A DNA stretch of 64,000 bases from Octopus sinensis (GCF_006345805.1 NC_043001.1:108438001-108502000); one strand, 5' to 3'. Shown: positions 12,579 to 25,487, counted from the stretch's first letter. Numbers and translations: made by a program. The notes: generated by a model not told the origin, from the sequence alone.

Positions 12579-13134
12579 ACTAGCAGCTAAGCCCGGTTTC
12601 ACCCGGTCGGTTTGGATGATGTGGCTGTGATCATTTTCGGTTAAGGATATGTGAATGAAAATTAAGTTCAGACCTGTACATGATAGGTCAACCTGGTAGA
12701 AATAGCAGCCAAATCTCCCTCAAAAAACCCTACTGTCTTAATTGGACAATTCTGCCCGTTATATAGTTTGAATGAGAAACTGTAACTAAAGATTAAGATC
12801 ATTAACCCCACAAAGAGGTGAAAGAAGAGAGCGAAAATTTTGGCTGACTGTCATCCTGTACACCCCTTGTTGCTAGCAAAATGGTATATGCCAGCTGTGT
12901 GAGCAACTGGTTGTTTCAATGGTGGAACAAACAGGGAAATTCCATTAGCAAAAGTTTCAATTGATTTTCTCGGTAAGTATGGAGGCTACAACAAAAATAG
13001 AAACCGCATTCCAATCTATGCACCCATCTCCACATGTGTGCCATTTTTCACGCGAATCCACCCGGCCGTTTGGCTGTGAACCTCAAGACAAGAAAGAATA
13101 CAACGATCGCCCATGTCCAATTTATATTATAGAT
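12579..13134 (+). mobile_element. Non-autonomous Helitron/Helentron-like element
   Basis: 5' actagcagctaagcccggtttcacccgg and 3' tttatattatagat, no TSD seen; termini resemble 23868-24258. Confidence 0.5.
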
Positions 13135-13699
13135 AAGTAAGTATCTTCTTTCAATTATACAGTTTAAGTTTTAGAAATTGCAAATTGAGGTTTAAGAGCT
13201 CAGAGTCTTCACTGATGGATATATCATCACTTAACATTCGTTTTCCATTCAGGTATGGGCTGGATGATGGTTTGACAGGATTCTGCAAGCTACAATGACT
13301 GTGATGAGCTTCATGGCCAGCTTTGTCAAATTTCCTACAGTTGCATGCCCCTCTTAACACCCATATTGTATTGGGTGCTGTTTTTTTTTGTTTTTTTTCA
13401 CGCCACTAACACTAGTGAAGTTGGCAGGTAAGCTGAGACACACAGACAGAGAGTAGTACTCGTCAATCAACAGCGTTCCACATTTGCTATTCCATGCTGG
13501 CCTGAATGGGTTGAGTTTTCTGAGGCAATATCTTATGGATGGATGTCCTTCCCAAGGCCAGCCCTTTCAGTTGCTTTTTATTACAGGCTTAAAAAAATAA
13601 GTATTGGGGTTGATTTGTTTGACCACATTTCTTCAGGGCAGTACCCCAGCATGATCACAGTCCAAGGACTGAAACAAGACACACAGACATACACACACA

Positions 13700-13955
13700 T
13701 AGATACACTGGCACCCATACAGGTGGCATATAAAAAGCATCATTTGAATGTGGCTGGCTGCCATGCCGGTGGCACATAAAAGCACCCACCGCACTCTTGG
13801 AATGGTTGGTGTTAGGAAGAACATCCAACTGCTGAAGTTATGCCAAATCAGATTGGAACCTGGTGCAGCCTCCTGGCTTGCCTGTTCTCAGTCGAACCTT
13901 CCGACCCATGCCAGCATGGAAAGCAGATGTTAAACGATGATGTTGATGATGATGC
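13700..13955 (+). mobile_element. Family C retroposon
   Basis: Core and (GAT)n tail. Confidence 0.8.
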
Positions 13956-13964
13956 CATACACAC

Positions 13965-14215
13965 ATCATCATTGTTTAACGTCCGTTTTCCATGCTAGCA
14001 TGTGTTGGACAGTTTGACCAGGGTCTAGGAAGCCAGGAGGCTGCACCAGGCTCCAGTCTGATCTGGCAGTGTTTCTACAGCTGGATGCCCTTCCTAACGC
14101 CAACCACTCCATGAGTGTAGTGGGTGCTTTTTACGTGCCAGGGGAGGCTGGCAACGGCCACAATCAGTTGGTGCTTTTTACGTGCCACCGGTACGGAAGC
14201 CAGTCAAGGCGGCAC
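13965..14215 (-). mobile_element. Family C retroposon (tail-to-tail with previous copy)
   Basis: catcatcattgtttaacgtccgttttccatgc begins about 10 nt after the previous tail. Confidence 0.85.
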
Positions 14216-14747
14216 CATCCAGTCCATGTCAGCATGGAACACTGGAACATGAACGTTAAACGAGGATGGTTACATGTGTGTAAATGTATGTATTCAGTTA
14301 AATATATACAGATGTCTATGAATGGATATACATACAGACTGATAGCTAGAGAGAGAGAGAGTGAGGGTGAGAGAGAGAAGCATAACTTAGGAAACAAAGT
14401 TTTACATTTCACTTCAAAAATAGAAAATTCTAAATTTGAGTGGACTTGCTGTTCTAATTTTAAACAGAATCACCTAATTCCACCTTATCATTTGCAAAAC
14501 CTACATTCCCGAAACATATCTCCCTGCATCCCCACAGCACAAAAAAAAAGAGAGAAAATATAAAACTGTGTCAAAATAACTTGATTTTACTGATAGTCAG
14601 ACTTGCAAGATACCCTCAACAGACTTCCAAGCAATTCAGATGTTTACAATACTGATTTACATGAAGAGGGTCCAGTAAAGTATGTCATAACTCTCCAGGG
14701 ACATGCACTTTGAAAGTCTGGAGCATAACATGCCACAACCACTAAAT

Positions 14748-15075
14748 TCATCATCATCATATTTAACGTCCGCTTTACATGCTGGCATGGGTTGGATGGT
14801 GTGACTGAGGACTGTCAAGCCAGGAGGCTGCCACCAGGCTCCAATCTAATTTGGCAAAGTTTCTACAGCTGAATGCCCTTCCTAATGCCAACCACTCAGA
14901 GAGTGTAATGGGTACTTTTTACGTGCCACCAGCATGGGAGCCAGTCAGGTGGCACTGACATCAGCCACTCGAATGGGTGCTTTTTACATATCATTGGCAC
15001 AGGTGCCAATCAGGTGGCACTGGCATCAGCCACACTCAAATGGTACTTTTTACATGTCACCGGCATGGGTACTAG
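14748..15075 (-). mobile_element. Family C retroposon
   Basis: Core plus gtgccacc..aaaaag 5' subrepeats in reverse. Confidence 0.8.
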
Positions 15076-15827
15076 ACCAGCACCCATATACATATAGTAA
15101 TACCAAAAATGTATCCAATTTTTTGTTTTGATGTTGTGAGTGTGTGAATATATATGACAGAATTAAAATTCCGCCAAGGTCGACTCTGCTTTTCATCTTT
15201 TCGGGGTCGATAAATTAAGTACCAGTTGCATACTGGGGTCAATCTAATCAACTGGCCCTGTCCCCCAAAATTTCGGGCCTTGTGTCTAGAGTAGAAAAGA
15301 ATATACATGATAGAATTGCAGCTGTTAAGAATTTACTATTAGGCATTATACCTGGTGTATGCATGTGTGTGTGTGTGTGTGTGCGTGTGCATGTGTGTGT
15401 GAGTGTGTGTCTCTCTCTCTCTCACTCTCTCTCAGGGCATGATTACTATCACTTAATAGCCAAAAATTAAAACAGACTCAAGGAATTACTGCCAAGCAAG
15501 ACCAAAGTTGAAGATTGTAGAGAGACCGAGAGAAGGAACTCTCCATGACACAAAACTCAAGTGACACTTACGTCGGAAGTGAACAATTGAGAGAGAAAGA
15601 ACTTATGCAAATTGACACAAAGTCTTTTAAAAGTCATTAGAGATGAATTCTATTAGGAATTAAGAAAAGTCTAAATCCTGTTTAACCCTTTTGTTACCAT
15701 TTTTCTTTTAAATGTCCGCTGCCTTTTCTTCAATCAATTTTGAAAATAATTGTGAATTTAGTAAAATAGTTTTGTTATTATTAAGCTGATAGGCGCAGGT
15801 GTGGCTGTGTGGTAAGAAGCTTACAAA

Positions 15828-16498
15828 TGGGCAAGCGGCACAGAAGGCGCATGTCCCTGCTCCCGTAGCCTCTAAAGGAAAGACGAAAAAGAGGAGCAGA
15901 GGACAGTCGGCGGGTGCCCCTGTGCCGCCGACTGAACCACTGGTGAGATGTGTACCACCAGTAGAAAAGGCTCCATCAGTGGGAAGTATGCCACTAACAG
16001 AGCAGCTTGAGGCCCCTTCATGTGAGGAGGAGGAGTTTGTCCTCTTTTATCACGAGGGAGGGCCTGTGAGAGAATTTTTGGACAGCCTGGGCGACCGAGA
16101 CCATAGATACTCAGACTGCATTGGCAGTCCAATATGGCCTCCGCAGGTGGTTGTGGAAGTAATAGGACATAAAATTCTTTCAAGAGTCAAAGAGACCTTT
16201 GACAAGAAAGAGTTTGCTTTCCTCCTCACGGACCCCGACTTGTCAGTGCAGAGTTGTCGGCAGGCAGCAAGTCAACTTGCTTGGGGGCTCCGATGAGGAG
16301 GATTGACCTTCACTTTATTGATTTGTATTGATTTTTTGATCGCAAAGGAAAAATTTGTATTCGAGGGCTTGTTGGTCAGTGGGCGCTGACATCCCTCTCA
16401 CCTTTATCATTATGTTTTCATTTCATCTCATTTTGTCTACGTCCAGCCCACAAGCTTCTTACTCTGTGTAATGCCCTCGTGGAAAATTATATGAAATA
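15828..16498 (+). mobile_element. TSD-flanked 5'-truncated retro-insertion with open frame (unidentified; L1/Tx1 ORF1-like or retrocopy)
   Basis: 14-bp direct repeat aagaagcttacaaa at 15814-15827 and 16499-16512; GC-rich; frame open from the 5' junction to TGA at 16294-16296; about 200-nt 3' UTR ending gaaataaa. Confidence 0.7.
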
Positions 16499-19212
16499 AA
16501 GAAGCTTACAAAGAATAAGTCCTTGGGTTGATTTCTTTCACCGCATTTCATCCAAAATGTTTAACAATATTTCATCCATTGAGGATCACTTTACTTTTCA
16601 TTCCTCGGAGTCGATAAAATAAGTATCGGTTGAGCACTTGAGTTGAGTGTATGCTTGTTATTGTACACTTAATTTTGTTACCAAGCAATGTAGAGCTAGA
16701 TTCTTCTTACAAGCCACAGAAAGAGAAAAATGGTACCACAATTAGTATGTTATTCTTATTCATAGCATAATATCCAAAACACACCCAACAGTGTGTCTCA
16801 ATGACTCAATGAGTCAGTTTTCCAAGAAGATTAGGTTACTGACCTCCTTCTTGCTCGATGAAGATAAAAATACTAGTAAGTTGACAAGTTACAGCCAAAC
16901 AAAACCATGAAAGCCAGGCAACAAACAAGGAACCTCTATGTGGTCAACTGACATGCTAGAAATGCCAGACAAATCTTCTTCAAAGCACAGCTACCATCTT
17001 TTAAAAATGCAAACATACTGGTTAATGTAGACTTTGATACACAATACCTGAAAACCATAATGGGATTGTTACAACTGGAATGCTTTTGATTACAGGTCTG
17101 TTCAAGCAAGGATGACCTGGGGCAAAAAAAACCCCAACAAAACCTAAAAATTCCATGCTGTTTAAGTGCCATTTTATCATAGAAGTCATTAAAGAGTGAA
17201 CATCGAATGACCTGCCATTTTAAAGTAACCGTACATGAGAGGCCAAAGTATCAATAACAAAAGAATAATGACATTTTCTTATAAGCTACCATTGTTCTTT
17301 TGGAACTAAACTGAGTTCCAATTTCCCCAAAATAATGGTTTCAAGTTTTGGCAAAAGGCCAGCATTTCTTTTTCTGTTTTTTTTTTTTTTAAGGGTTAGC
17401 TGATTACATCAACCTTAGTGTCAACTGGTGCTTATTTTATTAACCCCAAAAAGATAGAAGACACGATCAACCTCAACAGAATTTGAACCCAGCATTTCAA
17501 AGAGCATAATAGGGAGAGTTTCTGTTTCACGGAAAGGGCTTTTTTTTTCGGGGGGGGGGGGGGGGCTGATAAAACAGTCACAGAGAGTGGACCTTTGTTT
17601 GCAGGTCAAATTAGTGTAAACAGATGCAGCTACTAACCAACCCAGCAGATCAAGGCCTTCATAGAAAATATGGCAAGGAATACCAAATGCTTACAACGGT
17701 GTGAACCAAAGGCAACAAACTAAGATCTTGGTAGTGTTTTAAACCTGATGGAATCTATTGCTATGGTAACCTGTTTATCAACAGATATTATATCAACAGA
17801 AAAAAAAACAACAAAAAGAAACTGTATTATTTTTTGATGAAGACCACATATGAAAAATCAAATTTTAGAAAATGAAGAGAGTCAATGACTATTGTAAAGG
17901 TTCAAAGATGCAATGAAAATTTTAGGAAAAATGAATAAGTAAATGAGTGGAAACATTACCAGTGTGTGTGTTAAATAATAAGAGACTAAAAGAGAATGAC
18001 TATCCCCAGACACAACAAAATATGCTTCAACATATAAAGAATCTTGCAAACCAAATCCAAAAATGAAAGAAAATGGAGAGTTATACAATTTTGAAGAAGG
18101 TCATTAAAAATTTCAACTTAACAAGAAGTGATTGACAGTAGAATAACCATAACCTACTGCTGCTAAAAGGGATGCTTTAACCCTTTTATGGCCATATTTC
18201 TCATGAAGTACACGAAGTTTGAATAAATTTTGAAAAACCAAGAATTTTAAGGGATTGAGAAAAATAACTTTTTTTTTCAGAATTGAGATGATATTTGGAA
18301 TGTAACTAAACAAATGGTTCTGGTAGCTGCTGCAAGTGCCGCTGGCCATTCTCAGCAGCAATGCCTTTGCAATTATGTCCACAAGGCACAGCTGAACACA
18401 CCATTTGGTCTGTGGTGTACAACCCAGAACTCCCTCCCCGTCAACTTCTGCTGCTTAATTCCCTTCTTTTTGTTTTCTGTTTCTTTGGTGAGGGAGTTAT
18501 GGGGGGGGGGGGTTTCTCAATAATTTGATAGTTTATTCTTTTAATGTTGTCTTTCTTTCTTTCCTTCCTGTAAGAATATGTTGTTAATAAAATGGGGTCT
18601 TTGACTCAAAGTCACAATGGAAAGTTTTAATTAAAAAATGGACATTTGAAAATAAGAGGCTTGACATCATAAAACCAGAATAATCTCCAATCAAAGAACT
18701 AAGATCAACACTAAAATTTGAGAACCAACAGATTGCATTCTCCCTCTCTCTCAATACACACAATGACAACACACCTGAATGGACAATAGAAACAGGAAAA
18801 AGAAGGGCATACATTAAGCAGGCAAAAAACAGAAGACAGAGAAATAAAGATTGGTAAAGAGATACCAAAATATACTGCTGTATAAAATGCCTTTTTTCTT
18901 TCTTAAATGTAACAAAAAAATTGTTGTTCATCAAATGTGACGTATTATGGATGGAATACCAAGAGCCTGAGGAACATATTAAACTTGTTTTTTACCACAA
19001 AAAAAAAAAAGGATTTGCCTTAAGCATAGTGCATCTTATATACATGCAAATACAGAAGATATACAGCAATTTAGAGGAGTGACAGAAAAAAAAAATGTTT
19101 ATCAGAATTTCTTAAATGATTTAACTATTAGTGACAGAAGTAGCTTTTGTAACAAATATTAATTAGCACTTCCAACCTAACTTGGTGTTGTAAACAACTT
19201 AAAGACATTATT

Positions 19213-19612
19213 ACTCCTTTTACTTGTTTCAGTCATTTGACTGCGGCCATGCTGGAGCACCACCTTTAGTCGATCGAGCAAATTGACCCCAGGACTTATT
19301 CTTTGTAAGCCTAGTACTTATTCTATCAGACTCTTTTGCCGAACTGCTAAGTTATGGGGAGGTAAACACACCAGTATCGGTTGTCAAGCGATGTGGGGGG
19401 GAGCAAACACAGACACACAAACATATACACACACATGCATATACATATATACGACAGGCTTCTTTCAGTTTCCATCTACCAAATCAACTCACAAGGCTTT
19501 GGCCGGCCCGAGGCTATAGTAGAAGACACTTGCCCAAGGTGCCACACAGCGGGACTGAACCTGGAACCATGTGATTTGTAAGCATGCTACTAACCACACA
19601 CCCACTCCTATG
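19213..19612 (-). mobile_element. Family A SINE, full length
   Basis: Reverse complement match to family A. Confidence 0.9.
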
Positions 19613-19840
19613 CCCATTATGAACAACATCCAAGTGTGGTTGGATGTTCCAATTAATATTCTTAAATTTGGCATTAGGAAGGGCATCCAGCTGTAGAAAC
19701 TCTGCCAGATCAAGACTGAAGCCTGGTGCAGCCATCTGGTTCGCCAGCCCTCAGTCATTCGTCCAACCCATGCTAGCATGGAAAGTGGACGTTAAACGAT
19801 GATGATGATGAGACACCAGTGGAAGGAGTCCATAATTTAA

Positions 19841-20443
19841 CCCTTTAGCATTCAGATTATTCAGTCAAATGACCTTTATTCTCTTGAAAAACGCCGCCGC
19901 CGTGGTGATTTCATTCTCGCCCACAACATCATAAGCGGAAAGTGTAACCTCTCGAAAGAGCTGTTCTTCACACCTGCTCCAGAGCGTCGGCTGCGGGGTC
20001 ATTCCGAAAAGCTCTACCTGCGACGATTTCATCTCAATCGAAGGAGAGGAGCTTTCTCCGTCCGGGTTGCGGATCCGTGGAACAAGCTGCCAGACGAGAT
20101 GGTGAAGATGCCGACGACCGCTTTGTTCAAAGCCTCCCTGGACCTCAAGTGGCCTGAACTCTTTACATGAACACCACCCTGTACTTAACTCCATGTCCCC
20201 CTACATGGCCTTGCTATTTGCTTTTGAGCCAAATTAACTAACTAAATGTAATGCTTATTTATTCACATTAATTTGCATTAATCATGTATTATCTTGTTGC
20301 TTTGAGACTGTGACAATGCAACTGTTCAATTTTAAAATGATATTGTCGGGGTAAATGTAAGCGGTTAGATCTGGCTAATTTTAACACAGAACAGGTAGAA
20401 TATAATGAGATGGATATAGCCTGTTCAAATGCTAAACAGCTAA
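19841..20443. mobile_element. piggyBac-like MITE interrupted by a CR1 insertion
   Basis: ttaa-ccctttagcattcagattattcagtcaaatg | insert | aaatgtaatgctttattattcac..aaatgctaaacagctaa; the two halves are collinear with 8184-8405. Confidence 0.7.
19871..20245 (+). mobile_element. CR1-clade LINE ORF2 C-terminus, 5'-truncated, young
   Basis: 19874-20170 reads without stops LYSLEKRRRRGDFILAHNIISGKCNLSKELFFTPAPERRLRGHSEKLYLRRFHLNRRRGAFSVRVADPWNKLPDEMVKMPTTALFKASLDLKWPELFT*; the LYSLE.RR.RGD, RGH..KL and WN.LP motifs are typical of CR1; (AACT)n tail. Confidence 0.9.
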
Positions 20444-20871
20444 GAAACAGAATAACCAAATTCAGAAAATACTATTATATATTATAAATGGTTGGTATAG
20501 CGGTGCCTGAAAATTCATGATTTCTCTTGGGAAAGAAAGAGCAGTGGTCTCATGTTGCCTTTTATGGGTTTATTTAATTTACTCTGCATAATTACACCTT
20601 GTAAAAAAAATATGAAGAAGTGGACAAGCTGAAGTTGCTACAGGTAAGACGAACATAGATTCTTTTCTACTCTAGGCACAAGGCCCGAAATTTGGGGGGA
20701 GGGGGGGCAGTCGATTAGATCAACCCCAGTACACAACTGGTACTTAATTCAAGGATGAAAGGCAAAGCTGACCCCGGTGGCATTTGAACTCAGAACATGA
20801 AGACAGACGAAATACCGCTAAGCATTTCACCCGGCATGCCAATGATTCTGCCAGCTTACCTCCTTAAGACA

Positions 20872-21150
20872 AATGAGGCACATGGTCTAGTGGGTTAGAG
20901 CAGCGGACTCGTGGTCAAGGGATCACGAGTTCAAATCTCAGACCAGGCGATATGTATGTTTATGAGCGACAGAAGGTTATGGCGAACTTCTGCTGATTGT
21001 TTCACCACAACTTTCTCTCACTCTTTCCTCCTGCATCTTGCAGCTCACTTATGACGGACTGGCGTCCCATCCAGGTGAGGAACCTATACGCCAAGGAAAC
21101 TTGGAAACCGGCCCTTATGAGCCATGCATGGCTCGAGAAGGAACAACCAA
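20872..21150 (+). mobile_element. tRNA-derived V-domain-like SINE, family D
   Basis: Head tggtctagtgg..gagttcaaatctc; gacggactggcgtcccatccaggtg resembles the V-SINE domain; 3' palindrome gagccatgcatggctc and caa tail. Confidence 0.75.
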
Positions 21151-21154
21151 ACTT

Positions 21155-21630
21155 AAGACAAAAACATATATTATCAAGCAAATGACTATATCAAGAATGG
21201 TGAAGAAAAAAGTCCTAAGGACATACATAGACCTATTTCTACATGTAGTTGGGTGACCTAGAATATCAACTGTCAATGCTGCAGAGATGTGGGTCCTTAA
21301 ATGAATGCTTTCTGATATTGATAGGAAAACAGGCTTTGAAATACTTAGATTAGCAGAAACCAGAAAAATTCTTGACAACATAAGGAGACAATAAGCAAAG
21401 TTCATTGGATGCAATATAAGAAAAGGCTTTGAACAATTGATGATAACAGGTAAAATGAAAGGAAGAAGAAGCTGGGTGGGGGACAGCGTTATCAGTTGGC
21501 TGACAGGGACAAGAACATTGTGTGGGGGATGGGAGTGGGTGGTCATACAGGATGACCAACACCTTTAGGCATTTAGAAGAACAAGCATCTAACTGTGCAT
21601 GTGACAGTGATTTGTCAGAGAAAGGAATCA
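21155..21630 (+). mobile_element. Degraded RTE/RTE-X-like LINE 3' fragment
   Basis: AAEMWVLK*ML..EILRLAETRKILDNIRRQ*AKFIG..FEQLMITGKMKGRR. Confidence 0.65.
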
Positions 21631-21949
21631 ATGAAAACAGCCTTCAGCAAGTTTTGTTATACCTGGTGATATCTTTTACCAGTTTCAGTCATTGAACTGC
21701 AGCCATACTGGGGCACAACCTTGAAGGGTTTAGTTGAACAAATCAATCCGAGTGGCTTTTTTAAATTAAAATTTTTTTTAAAGTCTGGTCTTTTTTCCAC
21801 TAAACTGCTAAGCTATGAGAGCATAAACAAACCAACACCAGTTGTCAAGTGATGGAGGAGGACAAACACACACACAAACAGGCTTCTTTCAGTTTCCATG
21901 TACCAAATCCATTTACAAAGCTTTCTTTTTGGCCCAGGGCTGAACCCAG

Positions 21950-22315
21950 AACCAAGTCATTGTTGTTGATGCCAGTGCTACCTGACTGACTCCCGTGCCA
22001 GTGGCACATAAAAAGCACCATTCAAGCATGGTCATTGCAGTGCCACCTGACTGACTCCCATGCCGGTGGCACATAAAAAGCACCATCCAAGCGTGGCCGA
22101 TGCCAGTACCACCTGGCTGGCCCTCATGCCGGTGGCACATAAAAAGCAACCACTACACTCTCGGAGTGGTTGGCATTAGGAAGGGCATCCAGCAACATTG
22201 CCAGATCGGATTGAAGCCTGGTGCAGCCTCCTGGCTCACCACTCCTCAGTTAAACCATCCAACCCATGGCAGCATGGAAAGCAAATGTTAAACGACAATG
22301 ATGATGATGATGACA
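21950..22315 (+). mobile_element. Family C retroposon with 3 tandem ~55-60 bp 5' units
   Basis: Repeated gtggcacataaaaagcacca units followed by core and (GAT)n. Confidence 0.8.
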
Positions 22316-22984
22316 GTCACATTTGACAGGGTCTGGACTCGGTCTGATGGGAGGGAACATTAAAAATCAACCATTATTTAAGATTATGGTTACTATTGCA
22401 ACACCAAACCTGACACAAAGTGACGGAATATATAATGACAGACTAACAGACAGACAGATGAAAATTCAGAGACAAGCAAGCTGGGAGTGACTAAAGACCA
22501 AAATAAACAGAAGCAGTTACCGAGAGAAATATATAAAAGATTAGAAAAGAGAATGTCATGAAAATAAATACATGAATATATAAGAAAAAAAGTGGCAAAG
22601 ATAAGCAGTGAAAACCGTGATAGGAAGACAGTTTAGAGCAGGAAATGCATAAAGATTGAGACAACGTCTTCCAGATCACGAAAAGAGAGAATTTGAAACT
22701 AATTTGAGTTAATATACCACAAGAGGAAAGAGAAAAAGAGAAGAAAGGAAAAGATAAAGCAAACAAGATATTCGTATAACCTGTATCACATGACCTGCAT
22801 GAAAAAATATCCAAGGAAAAGCAAAAAGAAAAACATACAACAAAGAAGACAGGAAATGTCAGAGTGTAAAAGTGAAAGTAGAGTTGTGCGACAAAATGGT
22901 CAAAGAATGAAGTACGCAGTGACAAAGCGATGATTGATTGAATGAATACAACTATATTATTGAATTTTTTTTTTATATCTGTTT

Positions 22985-23380
22985 GGTAGGCATGGCTGTG
23001 AGGTAAGCAGTCTGCATCTCAACCATGTGGTTCCAGGTTCAGTCCCACTGAGTGGTACCTTGGGCAAGATTTTCTACTATAGCTTCAGGTCAGCCAACAC
23101 CTTGTGAGTGGCTTTGATAGACAAACTACAAGAAGCCTGTCATACACATGCACATGTGTGTGTGTGTGTTTGTACCCCACCACCACCTGACAACTGGTGT
23201 TGGTGTGTTTACATCCCTATAGCTTAGCTGTCAAGCGAAAGAGACAGACAGAATAAGTATCAGGCTCTAAAGAGAAAAAAAAAAGGTGCTGGGATCAATT
23301 CGTTCAACTAAAATTCTTCAAGGTGGTGCCCCAGCATGGCCACAGCCTAATGGCTGAAACAAGCAAAAGACTAAAAGATA
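22985..23380 (+). mobile_element. Family A SINE, diverged
   Basis: Head, core and aaaag tail all present. Confidence 0.8.
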
Positions 23381-23867
23381 AATGACCTGATCTTAGATTG
23401 TGTTGTAACTGAAACCATGATAGAATGGAAGTGCCATGTAAATGCTTTTACACACACACACACAAACACGCATACAAACACAAACAAACACACACACACA
23501 CAGAGTCAAAGGCTTTTATATTTTGTTTTTTAATAGCATTCCAACATAAATACAATAATAGTATGTGTGTGTGTATCTGTGTGTGTGTGAATGATGTGTG
23601 TGTCATGATTCAACCACTAATTGTTATTAGATTTTGACATGTTGCCTATTAGTTTTAGATTTTGCTCTTCCAGTCATAAAACAGAAAGTCTGCATTGTAG
23701 ACTTAGCATGGAATGGTAACACTAACCAGTGACTTCTATAAGTACAAACCAGCTTGCCAGTAACGGGTTCGAATATGCCTCAAGCACATCTGAACTGATA
23801 ACACGTTTGTAGACTCAAACAGAAAGGGAATAATCTATCGTCAGAGAAAACTTAATTCTATAGAATA

Positions 23868-24258
23868 TGAGCAGTATCACCCGGCGTCAGGCTTGTTTCA
23901 ACCCTTTAGAATTGGAATTTTTGAAAAGTAAGAATTTTGCATAATGTAGCTTGTTATTCTCTTTAAGTGAACATTTTTCTGGTTGAAATACACCGAAAAA
24001 TGGCAACACAGCAGTCAAAAAATCGTAAAAAATAGGGATTTTCATAGAAAAAAAGCACCTTTTTGATGTAAATAATTTTTGGTGTTAACATGGTCTGATT
24101 TGAATTTCTTTCTTCTATGGAAGGAAGAGCAAGCCTTTTTCTATCATACTCTCAATTTTGGTCAACTTGCACCGCAGGGTCTCAGAGGAGATAGTGTTAG
24201 TTGAAGGCTACAAAACCTGCCATACACAGACAATTTCAGATTTATATAGAGTGAGATT
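23868..24258 (+). mobile_element. Non-autonomous Helitron/Helentron-like element
   Basis: 5' gagcagtatcacccggcg and 3' cacagacaatttcagatttatatagagtgagat. Confidence 0.5.
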
Positions 24259-25094
24259 TAGGCTAAAAAAGAAATTGTGAATAAGAACTATAAATAACAT
24301 CAATATCATGATAACATGTGCAAGACATTTTTTAAGAGGATACAGACATATGAACTGTAACAAACCTTTTTGCTTCCATTACTCAGGCAGCTACCATACC
24401 AAATAGGGGGCAGCTGTAATCGTTTCATCCATGCAAGAACTATTTTCTTTGAGGTTTGGAAGTTTATATTCTGCCGTCAGTAAAAGGGGTTTATGACAAA
24501 GGCTTTTGCCTCACAAACAGCCCAACTGAAGACTGGTCCCACATGGTAAGATGAACAATTTGTTCCAAGCAGCTGCAAGAGATTGTAGTGTTGAGCTCAA
24601 GCCTTCATGTGAGTGAAACTTAAGAGGAAGATGCATTCTATGGGGCTGACCTTGTCCACCATGATATACACTACACCATCACCTGGCACAAAACCACTCC
24701 TCTCAATATTACTTCCTGCCCTTCAGTTGAGGGGCCTTTGTCTTGCAGGTTTCTTGAAGACCTCACTGGTGCTGGTGCCACATAAATAGCACCCAGAACA
24801 CAATGTAAAGAGGTTGGCATTAGGAAGAGCATAGAAACCAGCCATAGAAACTGTGCCGAAATGGATAGCCGGGCTTGGTGCAATCCTCTGGCTCGCCAAC
24901 TCCTGTCAAACCATGAAACCCATTCCAACATGGTAAACAGGCATTTAATGATGATGAAGACAGAATCATCAGTGTTGCTCTTATGACAAAATGGGTCAAA
25001 TGACTTGCCCCAAGCCACACAACATTTTCCAGTAACCATAGAAAGAGTTTACTAACAAAATATTATCAGAATTATTTAAAACAGGATTACTCTA

Positions 25095-25283
25095 CTCTCT
25101 TTTACTGTGGCCATGCTGGACAACCACCTTTAGTTGACCAAATCGACCCCAGGACTTATTCTTTGTAAGCCTAGTACTTATTCTATTGGTCTCTTTTGCT
25201 GAGCAGCTAAGTTACGGGGACATAAACACACCAGTATCCATTGTCAAGAGATGTTGGGGCGACAAACACAGACACAAACATAT

Positions 25284-25316
<33 letters not shown>

Positions 25317-25487
25317 CATATATACGATGGACTTCTTTCAGTTTCTGTCTACCAAATCCACCCACAAGGCTTTGGTTGGCCCGAGGCTATAGTAGAAGAC
25401 ACTTGCCCAAGGTGCCACACAGTGGGACTGAACCCGGAACCATGTGATTCGTAAGCAAGTTACTTACCACAGAGCTACTCCTATGCC
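25095..25487 (-). mobile_element. Family A SINE
   Basis: Reverse complement match. Confidence 0.9.

Noticed and set aside
20872-20945. tRNA gene
   Set aside because: It is the tRNA-derived head of a SINE: A and B boxes are present, but there is no proper acceptor stem and it continues into the repeat body.
21960-22145. CRISPR-like repeat array (gtggcacataaaaagcacc every ~55-60 bp)
   Set aside because: The inter-repeat segments are homologous to each other, the units are the 5' subrepeats of family C, the context is eukaryotic and there are no cas genes.
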